Below, in pieces: positions 25,321-37,605 of a DNA stretch of 64,000 nucleotides (the first letter of the stretch is position 1; each line of letters opens with the position of its first letter). Source of the stretch: Octopus vulgaris (Eukaryota); NCBI GenBank assembly GCA_951406725.2, contig OX597824.1, forward strand, positions 31,434,001-31,498,000. The letters are read 5' to 3'. A model generated the notes under the pieces. The model did no database searches, was not told the DNA's origin, and worked only from the letters and a program-made list of their open reading frames with translations. The position numbers and the translations under genes are program-made.

Positions 25321-27186
25321 AAATTCCAGTTTATGAGGCTGACCTATCCATGACGTCCGTTCAAACTCATATATACGCATACATATTTATACACACCTAT
25401 GGATGTGCATACATAAAGATATGTGTTTATGCGTGTCTGTGTGTGTGAATATGAGTGCGTGCGTGTGTTTGTTTACATTTCTTAGATTGAGGAAATCAGT
25501 AAAATATGTTATTCTTTACTTGAAAAAGGAAATAAGGGCTTGTATCAAAACTAAAATGCAAGGAAAAAATAGAAGTATGGATGTGTGGTCCCGGGTTCAG
25601 TCCCACTGCGTGGCACCTTGGACAAGCGTCTTCAACTACAGCCTCTAGCCGACCAAAGCTTTGTTAGTGGATTTGATAGACGGAAATTGAAAAAAGCCCG
25701 TCGTGAGTGTGTGTGTTTTGTATACATTCGAGGCTTTCTTCCAAGGAATCTAATGCGCTTGGCTTAGATTTTCCTTTGGGGCTGGCCAGATCGGAGCAAT
25801 CTCAAGATTAATCAGCCGAAATTGCGAGGATGATCCGGTTCTTGACTGAAGATTGAAGGCTTCGAATGTCCCGTCCGTGTTTTTTGCATCGTCTTCTAAA
25901 TGTTTTGCGTTCTTGTCCCAGTTTGTATTTATAAATATATATATATGTGTATGTATGTATGTATGTATGTATGTATGTATGTATGTATGTATGTATGTAT
26001 GTATGTATGTATGTTTGTATGTATGTATGTATGTATATATTTATGGGTGATACGGTGATACATCGGCGCGAGATCTAAGTGAGCAAATTTACTTTGGTGT
26101 GTGATAATTTTATCGATACGCAAGAAAAAGGTGTTCAGCACTCTCCCTCATCTGTAGCCAACAGAAATAATTAAGGTGAGATTGGAAGGTTCTTTGGTTC
26201 AATCCTGTCATCTTTTTCAAAATACGAAATTTCGAATCCAACTGGGTCTTCTCAATTGCTTGAGTATTGGTTCCTGTGTTTCTATCAACGTAATGTTTTT
26301 TTGTGATTGATAATTGAATGGCGAAAATTTATACGATTTAGATTGGACTATACTGGCCATTCGTTGGAATGATCAACCGAATTTTCTGCAACTTCTTTTT
26401 GAATTATGGGTTTAAGTGTTTCCCGATTTGTTTTTTGGGGGTTTTTTTCTACATAGAAATAGCGGCAATCTGCGCCTTTCTTTTATCCAAAGCCCTTTTA
26501 ATCTCACCTTCATTATTTCTGTTGACTACAGATGAGGTAGAGTACTGATGACATTTTGCTTGCGTTTTTAGCAGATGTTCGCTCAATTCATCGATAAAGA
26601 TTATTTTAATTATAAAATTTTGTTACATTTATGTCTTAATAAATAAAGAAACCAAAAATAAATAATATAATAATTTTAAAAAAGCGAGCGCGTAGATCAC
26701 ACACTACAGTAAATTTGCTCAGGTAGATCACACGCCAAAGTAGCACCAGCACAAAGTAAACTAAAAAGTAACATGAAGTAATCAGCTTTAAGTTGTAGAT
26801 CACACACCAAAGTAGCATCTATCTATGTATGTGTCTCTGTGTCTTTGTTTTTCCCCCACCATCGCTTGACAACCAATGTTGGTGTATGTACATACACACT
26901 CACACACATAAACACACACACATATTTAGTGAAATTTACATGCATACATACATACATACATACATACATACATACATACATACACATGTAGTTCACAGAT
27001 GAGATTCAGAGATTCTCCGTATAGAAGACACTTAGTAATGCTCGAAAGATACAAGCTTAGAATCCTTAGAATGTCTTTAGAGCGGATCAAGGTAAAGAAA
27101 GGCTATATGAGGGATCAGGGTGAGTAGGGATAGAAGCAATTATATGGATAAACAAATTAGATACATCAAATATATTAAGTATATTG

Positions 27187-27567
27187 TAGGCGTAGGAGTG
27201 GCTTACGAACTACATTGTTCCGGGTTCAGTACCACTGCGTGGCACCTTGGGTAAGTGCCTTCTACTATAGCCTCGGGCCAACTAAAGCCTTGTGAGTGGA
27301 TTTGGTAGACGGAAACTGAAAGAAGCCCGGCGTATATATGTATGTATGTGCGTGTTTGTGTGTCTGTGTTTGTCCCCCCAACATCGCTTGACAACCGATG
27401 CTGGTGTGTTTACGTCCCCGTAACTTAGCGATTCGGCAAAAAAGAGCCCGATAAAATAAGTACTAGGTTTACAAAGAATAAGTCCTGGGGTCGATTTTAT
27501 CGACTAAAGGCGGTGCTCCAGCATGGCCACAGTCACATGACTGAAACAAGTAAAAGAGTAAAAGAGT
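27187..27567 (+). mobile_element. tRNA-derived SINE, near full length (mirror copy at ~36805-37191)
   Basis: Head through GAAACAAGTAAAAGAGTAAAAGAG tail. Confidence 0.9.
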
Positions 27568-28934
27568 ATATTAGATACAAAATATGTCCATAGTTATACA
27601 TGCAAAACAAGAGAATGCAGAAGGTGGAAGCTTTCAGATGAGGAATTTTTAAGTATAAATACATAGATATTTATATCAATAGGTCCAACTTACACAGAGT
27701 ACAAAAGACAGAGAAAATTAAAGGGGTGGAACAAAAGTGTTATAAGTTCAACAGCTGTTTCTGGGGGCTCGGCGATCCATAATAATATTGGTAGATTTAG
27801 TTCATCGTAATATGCGGCCGTATGGATGCAATTAACACTGGATAAGATGAGCATACGTCGTCAGGGTAAAGAAGATCTTATATTTCAGATCTAATTGTTT
27901 TGAAAACAAACGTGTTTAATAGCTAATTTCTTATATATATCTGTACGTGTGTCCTTGTGTAATTGATAACTAAATATAATTTACAACAAAAAATTGCAGT
28001 TATATTTTGATTACAATGCAATCATCTTCAGATCGAAACCTTTCAATGCTGTTCACCTGTATTCAGCATCTCTGACTGCCACCCACTCCCGCTCCATTTG
28101 TTGTTTTCCTTTTCTTTCCCCAGTGTGACTGACGAGCCACACATAATGCGTTTTAATATAGGTAAGATTTCCCCCTGAATTCGACTTTGCTGTTCATGCT
28201 TTCGAAGTCGATAAATTAAGAACCAGTGAAACACTGGAGTCTATGTAATTGACTAGTCCCTTCCTCCAAAATTTCAGACCTTCTGTCTTTAGTAGAAAGA
28301 TTATATGTACGTTACGGAGATGTACTTGCATAGCAAGTGACCTTATCTGAGATCGTGTGCTGGAACTAAAACAATTGCAGCGTGGAAGGTGTTTATAAGC
28401 CATTTAAGAAACACACAAAATCCGTTAGATTCACTTCAACATTTAACACGGAATTTTGTCAGTGAACAGGTCGCGGTCTCAAAGCGACGAAAATATTTTG
28501 ACAAATTAAATTTAAATGCTGAGGTGAATTTAACGGATTTTATGTGTTTCCTAAATGTCTTATAAACACCTTCCACGCTGCAATTGTTTATTATATGTAT
28601 GACTTTTAGAAAAAAATGAAAGCGATTTTCGTCAACTTGCAGAAAACTACGTCAGAAGTGTATGTTTGAAGAATATTCTGATGACAATTTGAAAAACTTG
28701 AAGTAGTTGGAAGAAATTGATTTTCCTCTTCGTCTTCCTCCTCTACTTTTTCCTGCGCTTCCTCTACTAATTCATCTTCTCCTAATTTATCTTCTCCAAC
28801 TTCCTCTTCCACTTTCACTTCCACTTCTTTCTTTTCTTATAATCCTTCTTCATCTTAATTTTTTCTTCTTCAATTTTTCTTTCTTCCCAACCTCTTCTCC
28901 TATTTCCTCCTCGTACTCCTAACCCACACCCCCC

Positions 28935-29112
28935 TTCTTCTTCTTCTTCTTCTTCTTCTTCTTCTTCTTCTTCTTCTTCTTCTTCTTCTTCTTCTTCTTC
29001 TTCTTCTTCTTCTTCTTCTCCTTCTCCTCCTCCTTCTTCTTCTCCTTCTCCTTCTTCTTCTTCTTCTTCTTCTTCTTCTTCTTCTTCTTCTTCTTCTTCT
29101 TCTTCTTCTTCT
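28935..29112. repeat. (TTC)n trinucleotide tract; longer mirror (GAA)n tract at ~35132-35440
   Basis: Directly visible. Confidence 0.95.
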
Positions 29113-29309
29113 ACGTTGTCGTTTTCATCCTTTCCTTCTTTTTTCTTCCACCCCCTCCTTGTATTATCTTCTTCACTATCTTTCTCCTTTTCTTTTCCTT
29201 TTCTGTTATCCGCATTCTCTTACCCTTCTCATCCCTTTCGCCTTCTCCTTTATTTCACCTTCCTTTTTCTTTAGAGAGAAAATTGGATGACAACGTACGT
29301 GTCACCTAA

Positions 29310-29850
29310 ATGAAAAAAATATGCTCGGAAGTTTATCCTTTGCCACAAATAGAAACCATATTCAGTAAGTTTAGTGGTGCAAGATTCTTCGTTAAGATTG
29401 ACTTAACCGACGCTTTTAGGCAGATCAAGCTCCAGGAAAATAGTCAGAAACTCCACGTCATCAATACTATAAGAGGGTATACTTGGTTATGCGATTACAG
29501 ATGAGGATCAAAAATAGTCCTGCAATTTTTCAGCATGCTATTGAGAATGTAGTGCTCAAGGGACTAAAATATTTCATTACTTACCAAGAAGATTTTTATT
29601 GTTTTTGCAAAGACGGAAGAGAGCCTGAATAAACATTTAAAATCAGTGTCAACAATGAAAAATGCAAGCATCACATTTTTAGGCTGTGTGATATCGAGAG
29701 AAGGAATTAAACCCACAAAAGAACTCACTCACAAAATCATGACATTAAATCACCCCACAAAAAAACAGAGGAACTGCGATCCTTTCTTGGCTAATCGGAT
29801 ACTTTGAGCAGTTCATTTCAAATTTCAGTGAGAAAACAATTAGCATGCAG
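29310..29850 (+). mobile_element. Gypsy reverse transcriptase fragment (mirror at ~34390-34932)
   Basis: YPLPQIETIFSKFSGARFFVKIDLTDAFRQI and GIKNSPAIFQ motifs; disrupted. Confidence 0.8.
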
Positions 29851-29854
29851 AAAC

Positions 29855-30370
29855 TAACTACTGCTGATCGTTTTCGGTGGACAGACACATAAAAACGTAA
29901 AACAACCGGTGGTGGGGTGCCCTCAAAAGAGTCATTCGACTTGAATCGATTAGTTTTAGCAAGCAGTTAAGTCTAGAGCAGACTAGAGTAGAAAGGGAAT
30001 TAGTTAAGGCATTAGAAGAGGCGCTGAGAATGGGCTCTGCACCCCAAGTGTTGGCAGCGAGATCGGCCCTGGACCGACACCTCAATGCCAAACACAAAGA
30101 ATGCAGAGCCCGAGCTAAAATACGTGCACTGGGCCGCGAGAGTATCAACGTTGCCGGGTGGGCTCGCTCGGAAGAAACCCGACGTGGTGTGGAGGTTACG
30201 ATAAGGTCTGTGGTAGACGGGCATGGACAGGAGATCCAAGGACAAGAAGAGATGTGCAAGGCCTTTCGCGAGCACTTTGCCACGTTGTTCGGAAGGAGCG
30301 GGACGCTGGACCATGGGATTGCCCTCCGGCATTTCCTGGCTGGCGGCCCGCGTCTTTTGGCGCGTATGAT
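29855..30370 (+). mobile_element. L1/Tx1-like LINE ORF2 fragment (mirror at ~33870-34385)
   Basis: GC-richer block reading WWGALKRVIR...EEMCKAFREHFATLF, resembling the EN-RT linker. Confidence 0.55.
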
Positions 30371-30594
30371 GGGCTTTCAGTTTTTGTCTACCAAATCCAC
30401 TCACAAGGCTTTGATTAGCTTACAGCTATAGTAGAAGATACTTGCCCAAAGTTCCACACAGTGGGACTAAACTCCACATGCTTGGAATGCAAACTTCTTA
30501 CTACACAGCCACACCTGCCCCTATAGCCATGCCTATATTTATCATCTATAACTATGTTGTTTTTTTATATAGTGTAATTTTCTGCTACGATAAT

Positions 30595-30834
30595 TTACTC
30601 TTTTACTTGTTTCAGTCATTTGACTGCGGCCATGCTGGAGCACCGCCTTTAGTCGAGCAAATCGACCCCAGGACTTATTCTTTGTAAGCCTTGTACTTAA
30701 TCTATAGGTCTCTTTTGCCGAACCACTAAGTTTCGGGGACGCAAACACACCAGCATCAGTTGTCAAGTGATGTTGGGTGGGGGGACAAACACAGGCACAC
30801 AAACACAAACAAACAAACACACACACACACACAG

Positions 30835-30869
<35 letters not shown>

Positions 30870-31133
30870 CATACATACATACATACATACATACATACAT
30901 ACATACATACATACATACATACATACATACATACATACATACATACATAAATACATACATACATATATATGACAGGATTCTTTCAGTTTTCGTCTACCAA
31001 ATCCACTCACAAGGCTTTGGTTGGCCCGAGGCTATAGTAGAAGACACTTGCCCAAGGTGTCATGCAATGCGAATGAACCCGGAACCATGTGGTTTGTAAG
31101 CAAGCTACTTACCACACACCCACTCCTGCGCCT
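30595..31133 (-). mobile_element. Full-length tRNA-derived SINE spanning the inner boundary of the left arm
   Basis: Complete head at ~31133 and tail at ~30595. The right-arm copy lacks the head. Confidence 0.9.
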
Positions 31134-32468
31134 ATGTCAAAGAAGTTAATGTCATGTGTCATGGTCAACAGTAAATATGTTTCCCAAAGCTTTAATTTAC
31201 AAAATTCCTATCTTCTAGAAGCACAGACATTGTGCTGTCTCTAAAAGGTTATATTTCAAGAAACTGACTAAGTTGCTGGCATCCTCAACTAGCTCTAATA
31301 TACCTTATATTATTAATACTTATAAGTTGTTTTTTTTTTCCACTAATATTACATACAATGACTCACTAAATCTATAAATCTGTTTGTATTGGGGTATTTA
31401 TTATAAATATCATGCCATTATGAATGGTATGATATTTGTTATAACTTCAGGTTCGCATTTTGTGCTGTTGGTGTAACTAATTATAATGAAACTATCAACT
31501 GCCCCATGATCTCCTGCTTTTCCATGTTACTGAACATTGTATACGTTAGAAAAAAATAAAGATACAATGCATTAACTTAATTTTAGTTTAGCAAGCACTG
31601 ATTCGAAAATATAACTTTTCCTTTTGATGTTTATGCTTAATACAATTTCCTTTGCTTTCTATGTGGGAAGAGTAATAATAGAGTTAAAGTCTTTGGGAAA
31701 TAGTATGTGTCCCTAAATCATTACAGGACCTAGTCTTTGTGTGCCTCAATAATCCTGAGAGCTATGTCAGCAGAGCACAGGCTTCTGATAGAGCTTCCCA
31801 TGCTAGACAGGTTAAAAGACAGAGGTCAGACTAATATGGATAATATGGATCACCTCTTTCCAGGAATAAAATTGGGTTTGTGTAGGGCCAACAACCCTAC
31901 CGAGAGAAAAAGCAAGGTTACAGAAACATTGATGACAATTCAAAACCAATAAGCATTGGGAGAGGAAGGCCTTCCTTCATGGAAAACATGGTGCAGTAAA
32001 ATCTGAAAAGAAGCTGCAAAGCTATCTCTCCTTACTACAAGGAGAAAGAACTGGGACAAAATTTGGGTGGGGCGCAGGTGCCAGTAGCCTGGACCAAGAG
32101 CCCACAAAGAAGGCAGAAAGGAGGATGCTCTAAAATTTGCTGGTGGTGGGATACTAAGTCAGAGCAGTAAAGCAGAGATATAACTGGAGAGAAGTAGAAA
32201 ATATTGCCCAAAGTTGAGAAGAGTGGAGCAAAGTCATTGATGGCTTGTGTTCCATAGAGGGCAAAATGCTCAATGAATGACGTGTTTGAAAGTAATAAAA
32301 AGTGAAAGGAGGACTAGAAGAGAATAATCTTTTCTACACTAGGCACAAGGCCTGGAATTTTGGGGGGAGCAGGCCAGTCAATTAGATTTTAAATGTCTGA
32401 GTCATTCCCTTTCACTCTTGGTGTGTTTGTGTATTTATGTGTGTGTGTGTGTGTGTGTAGTATGTATA

Positions 32469-32546
<78 letters not shown>

Positions 32547-33367
32547 AATCCAAGCGTGAAAACACAAAGAGAAAACACAACAATGCGAGGACGTGGAACA
32601 AATATAGTGTTATTGGACGCTCAGGAACAGAAAGAAAGGAGGATACATATACACGTTTTTAAACGTCACATTGCAGCCATATGAATCCATGGCCTACATG
32701 AATATTAGTTCAATTCTTTGTCTGGTACTTATTCATTGTCAAGTTTGTCACGTGTACAATGATGCAGTAAAACTAGAAAGAAATAACACAGAACGTTATT
32801 GTTGTTATGACACAAGCAATATTACTATACCCTGCTATTTCACATTTCCCTTTTTTGCCTTTCTTGAGAACACTGTTAACACAAATGATGATTGTTATTT
32901 GAGCAATTAAAATTTTGTTCGTATTTTTCTTCTTATTTGTATTTTTTTCTCTTGTTATTTTGATGAAAATTTTCAAAAAATTTTGAAAAGATTTTTACAA
33001 AAATTTTGAGGAAAATTTTCAAAATATTTTTGAAAAAATTTTGACGAAAATTTTCAAAACAATTGTTTACATTCCCATAACTTAGTAGTTTAGCAAAAGA
33101 ACCAATAAAATAAATACCAGACTTTAGAAAAAAACACAAGTGTTAGCATTGATTTGTTTGACAAAAGACCCGATGCATGCCACAGTCCAATGCCTGAAAC
33201 AAGTAAAAGATAAATGATATCCTTAGCATAGAAGACAGCCCATGGAAATTTTATGGTATCATTAACATATAATTGCCCATACAGAGAATAATTTTCACAT
33301 ACAGGCCACATCCTCTCAAAGTCATTCTGACATCCCATAGCATTGCATTTGACTAAACTTCACTGAA

Positions 33368-33376
<9 letters not shown>

Positions 33377-33407
<31 letters not shown>

Positions 33408-35249
33408 CTGTGTGTGTGTGTGTGTTTGTTTGTTTGTGTTTGTGTGCCTGTGTTTGTCCCCCCACCCAACATCACTTGACAACTGATGCTGGTGTGTTTG
33501 CGTCCCCGAAACTTAGTGGTTCGGCAAAAGAGACCTATAGATTAAGTACAAGGCTTACAAAGAATAAGTCCTGGGGTCGATTTGCTCGACTAAAGGCGGT
33601 GCTCCAGCATGGCCGCAGTCAAATGACTGAAACAAGTAAAAGAGTAAATTATCGTAGCAGAAAATTACACTATATAAAAAAACAACATAGTTATAGATGA
33701 TAAATATAGGCATGGCTATAGGGGCAGGTGTGGCTGTGTAGTAAGAAGTTTGCATTCCAAGCATGTGGAGTTTAGTCCCACTGTGTGGAACTTTGGGCAA
33801 GTATCTTCTACTATAGCTGTAAGCTAATCAAAGCCTTGTGAGTGGATTTGGTAGACAAAAACTGAAAGCCCATCATACGCGCCAAAAGACGCGGGCCGCC
33901 AGCCAGGAAATGCCGGAGGGCAACCCCATGGTCCAGCGTCCCGCTCCTTCCGAACAACGTGGCAAAGTGCTCGCGAAAGGCCTTGCACATCTCTTCTTGT
34001 CCTTGGATCTCCTGTCCATGCCCGTCTACCACAGACCTTATCGTAACCTCCACACCACGTCGGGTTTCTTCCGAGCGAGCCCACCCGGCAACGTTGATAC
34101 TCTCGCGGCCCAGTGCACGTATTTTAGCTCGGGCTCTGCATTCTTTGTGTTTGGCATTGAGGTGTCGGTCCAGGGCCGATCTCGCTGCCAACACTTGGGG
34201 TGCAGAGCCCATTCTCAGCGCCTCTTCTAATGCCTTAACTAATTCCCTTTCTACTCTAGTCTGCTCTAGACTTAACTGCTTGCTAAAACTAATCGATTCA
34301 AGTCGAATGACTCTTTTGAGGGCACCCCACCACCGGTTGTTTTACGTTTTTATGTGTCTGTCCACCGAAAACGATCAGCAGTAGTTAGTTTCTGCATGCT
34401 AATTGTTTTCTCACTGAAATTTGAAATGAACTGCTCAAAGTATCCGATTAGCCAAGAAAGGATCGCAGTTCCTCTGTTTTTTTGTGGGGTGATTTAATGT
34501 CATGATTTTGTGAGTGAGTTCTTTTGTGGGTTTAATTCCTTCTCTCGATATCACACAGCCTAAAAATGTGATGCTTGCATTTTTCATTGTTGACACTGAT
34601 TTTAAATGTTTATTCAGGCTCTCTTCCGTCTTTGCAAAAACAATAAAAATCTTCTTGGTAAGTAATGAAATATTTTAGTCCCTTGAGCACTACATTCCCA
34701 ATAGCATGCTGAAAAATTGCAGGACTATTTTTGATCCTCATCTGTAATCGCATAACCAAGTATACCCTCTTATAGTATTGATGACGTGGAGTTTCTGACT
34801 ATTTTCCTGGAGCTTGATCTGCCTAAAAGCGTCGGTTAAGTCAATCTTAACGAAGAATCTTGCACCACTAAACTTACTGAATTTGGTTTCTATTTGTGGC
34901 AAAGGATAAACTTCCGAGCATATTTTTTTCATTTAGGTGACACGTACGTTGTCATCCATTTTTCTCTCTAAAGAAAAAGGAAGGTGAAATAAAAGAGAAG
35001 GCGAAAAGGATGAGAAGGGTAAGAGAATGCGGATAACAGAAAAGGAAAAGAAAAGGAGAAAGATAGTGAAGAAGATAATACAAGGAGGGGGTGGAAGAAA
35101 AAAGAAGGAATGGATGAAAACGACAACGTAGTAGAAGAAGAAGAAGAAGAAGAAGAAGAAGAAGAAGAAGAAGAAGAAGAAGAAGAAGAAGAAGAAGGAG
35201 AAGAAGAAGGAAGAAGAAGAAGAAGAAGAAGAAGAAGAAGAAGAAGAAG

Positions 35250-35281
<32 letters not shown>

Positions 35282-35387
35282 GAAGTAGAAGGAGGAGGAG
35301 GAGAAGAAGAAGTAGAAGGAGGAGGAGGAGAAGAAGAAGTAGAAGAAGAAGAAGAAGATGAAGAAGAAGAAGAAGGAGAAGAAGAAG

Positions 35388-35419
<32 letters not shown>

Positions 35420-37398
35420 GAAGAAGAAGAAGAAGAAGAAGGGGGGTGGGTTAGGAGTACGAGGAGGAAATAGGAGAAGAGGTTGGGAAGAAAGAAAAAT
35501 TGAAGAAGAAAAAAATGAAGATGAAGAAGGATTATAAGAAAAGAAAGAAGTGGAAGTGAAAGTGGAAGAGGAAGTTGAAGATAAATTAGGAGAAGATGAA
35601 TTAGTAGAGGAAGCGAAGGAAAAAGTAGAGGAGGAAGACGAAGAGGAAAATCAATTTCTTCCAACTACTTCAAGTTTTTCAAATTGTCATCAGAATATTC
35701 TTCAAACATACACTTCTGACGTAGTTTTCTGCAAGTTGACGAAAATCGCTTTCATTTTTTTCTAAAAGTCATACATATAATAAACAATTGCAGCGTGGAA
35801 GGTGTTTATAAGACATTTAGGAAACACATAAAATCCGTTAAATTCACCTCAGCATTTAAATTTAATTTGTCAAAATATTTTCGTCGCTTTGAGACCGCGA
35901 CCTGTTCACTGACAAAATTCCGTGTTAAATGTTGAAGTGAATCTAACGGATTTTGTGTGTTTCTTAAATGGCTTATAAACACCTTCCACGCTGCAATTGT
36001 TTTAGTTCCAGCACACGATCTCAGATAAGGTCACTTGCTATGCAAGTACATCTCCGTAACGTACATATAATCTTTCTACTAAAAACAGAAGGTCTGAAAT
36101 TTTGGAGGAAGGGACTAGTCGATTACATAGACTCCAGTGTTTCACTGGTTCTTAATTTATCGACTTCGAAAGCATGAACAGCAAAGTCGAATTCAGGGGG
36201 AAATCTTACCTATATTAAAACGCATTATGTGTGGCTCGTCAGTCACACTGGGGAAAGAAAAGGAAAACAACAAATGGAGCGGGAGTGGGTGGCAGTCAGA
36301 GATGCTGAATACAGGTGAACAGCATTGAAAGGTTTCGATCTGAAGATGATTGCATTGTAATCAAAATATAACTGCAATTTTTTGTTGTAAATTATATTTA
36401 GTTATCAATTACACAAGGACACACATACAAATATATATAAGAAATTAGCTATTAAACACATTTGTTTTCAAAACAATTAGATCTGAAATATAAGATCTTC
36501 TTTACCCTGACGACGTATGCTCATCTTATCCAGTGTTAATTGCATCCATACGGCCGCATATTACGATGAACTAAATCTACCAATATTATTATGGATCGCC
36601 GAGCCCCCAGAAACAGCTGTTGAACTTATAACACTTTTGTTCCACCCCTTTAATTTTCTCTGTCTTTTGTACTCTGTGTAAGTTGGACCTATTGATATAA
36701 ATATCTATGTATTTATACTTAAAAATTCCTCATCTGAAAGTTTCCACCTTCTGCATTCTCTTGTTTTGCATGTATAACTATGGACATATTTTGTATCTAA
36801 TATACTCTTTTACTCTTTTACTTGTTTCAGTCATGTGACTGTGGCCATGCTGGAGCACCGCCTTTAGTCGATAAAATCGACCCCAGGACTTATTCTTTGT
36901 AAACCTAGTACTTATTTTATCGGGCTCTTTTTTGCCGAATCGCTAAGTTACGGGGACGTAAACACACCAGCATCGGTTGTCAAGCGATGTTGGGGGGACA
37001 AACACAGACACACAAACACGCACACACATACATATATACATATATACGACGGGCTTCTTTCAGTTTCCGTCTACCAAATCCACTCACAAGGCTTTGGTCG
37101 GCCCGAGGCTATAGTAGAAGACACTTACCCAAGGTGCCACGCAGTGGTACTGAACCCGGAACCATGTAGTTCGTAAGCCACTCCTACGCCTACAATATAC
37201 TTAATATATTTGATGTATCTAATTTGTTTATCCATATAATTGCTTCTTTACCTACTCACCCTGATCCCTCATATAGCCTTCCTTTACCTTGTGAAATGAT
37301 CCGCTCTAAAGACATTCTAAGGATTCTAAGCTTGTATCTTTTGAGCATTACTAAGTGTCTTCTATACGGAGAATCTCTGAATCTCATCTGTGAACTAC

Positions 37399-37429
<31 letters not shown>

Positions 37430-37529
37430 TGTATGTATGTATGTATGTATGTATGTATGTATGTATGTACGTACGTACGTACGTATGTATGTATGTATGC
37501 ATGCATGCATGCATGTAAATTTCAACTAA

Positions 37530-37605
<76 letters not shown>

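Larger units (their letters stand above)
23809..30869. repeat. Left arm of ~7 kb inverted segmental duplication (palindrome)
   Basis: Reverse complement of 33377-40619. Mirrored ORFs in the track, e.g. 29858..30283(-) and 33959..34384(+), 24108(+) and 40320(-), 28043..28234(-) and 36137..36328(+). Confidence 0.97.

Noticed and set aside
32955-33065. Phased A/T-tract repeat (~12-bp period) in the palindrome spacer
   Set aside because: Low-complexity expansion with no evidence of function.
34933-35664. 243-aa ORF with poly-Ser/poly-Phe, and the poly-Glu/Arg ORF 35110..35361
   Set aside because: Translations of the (TTC/GAA)n tract. The mirror copy in the left arm is not open in the same way.
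36506-36625. CTGACGA ... GAAACAGCTGTT hammerhead-like elements (mirror at ~27750-27865)
   Set aside because: The two half-cores are not joined by a convincing stem II.
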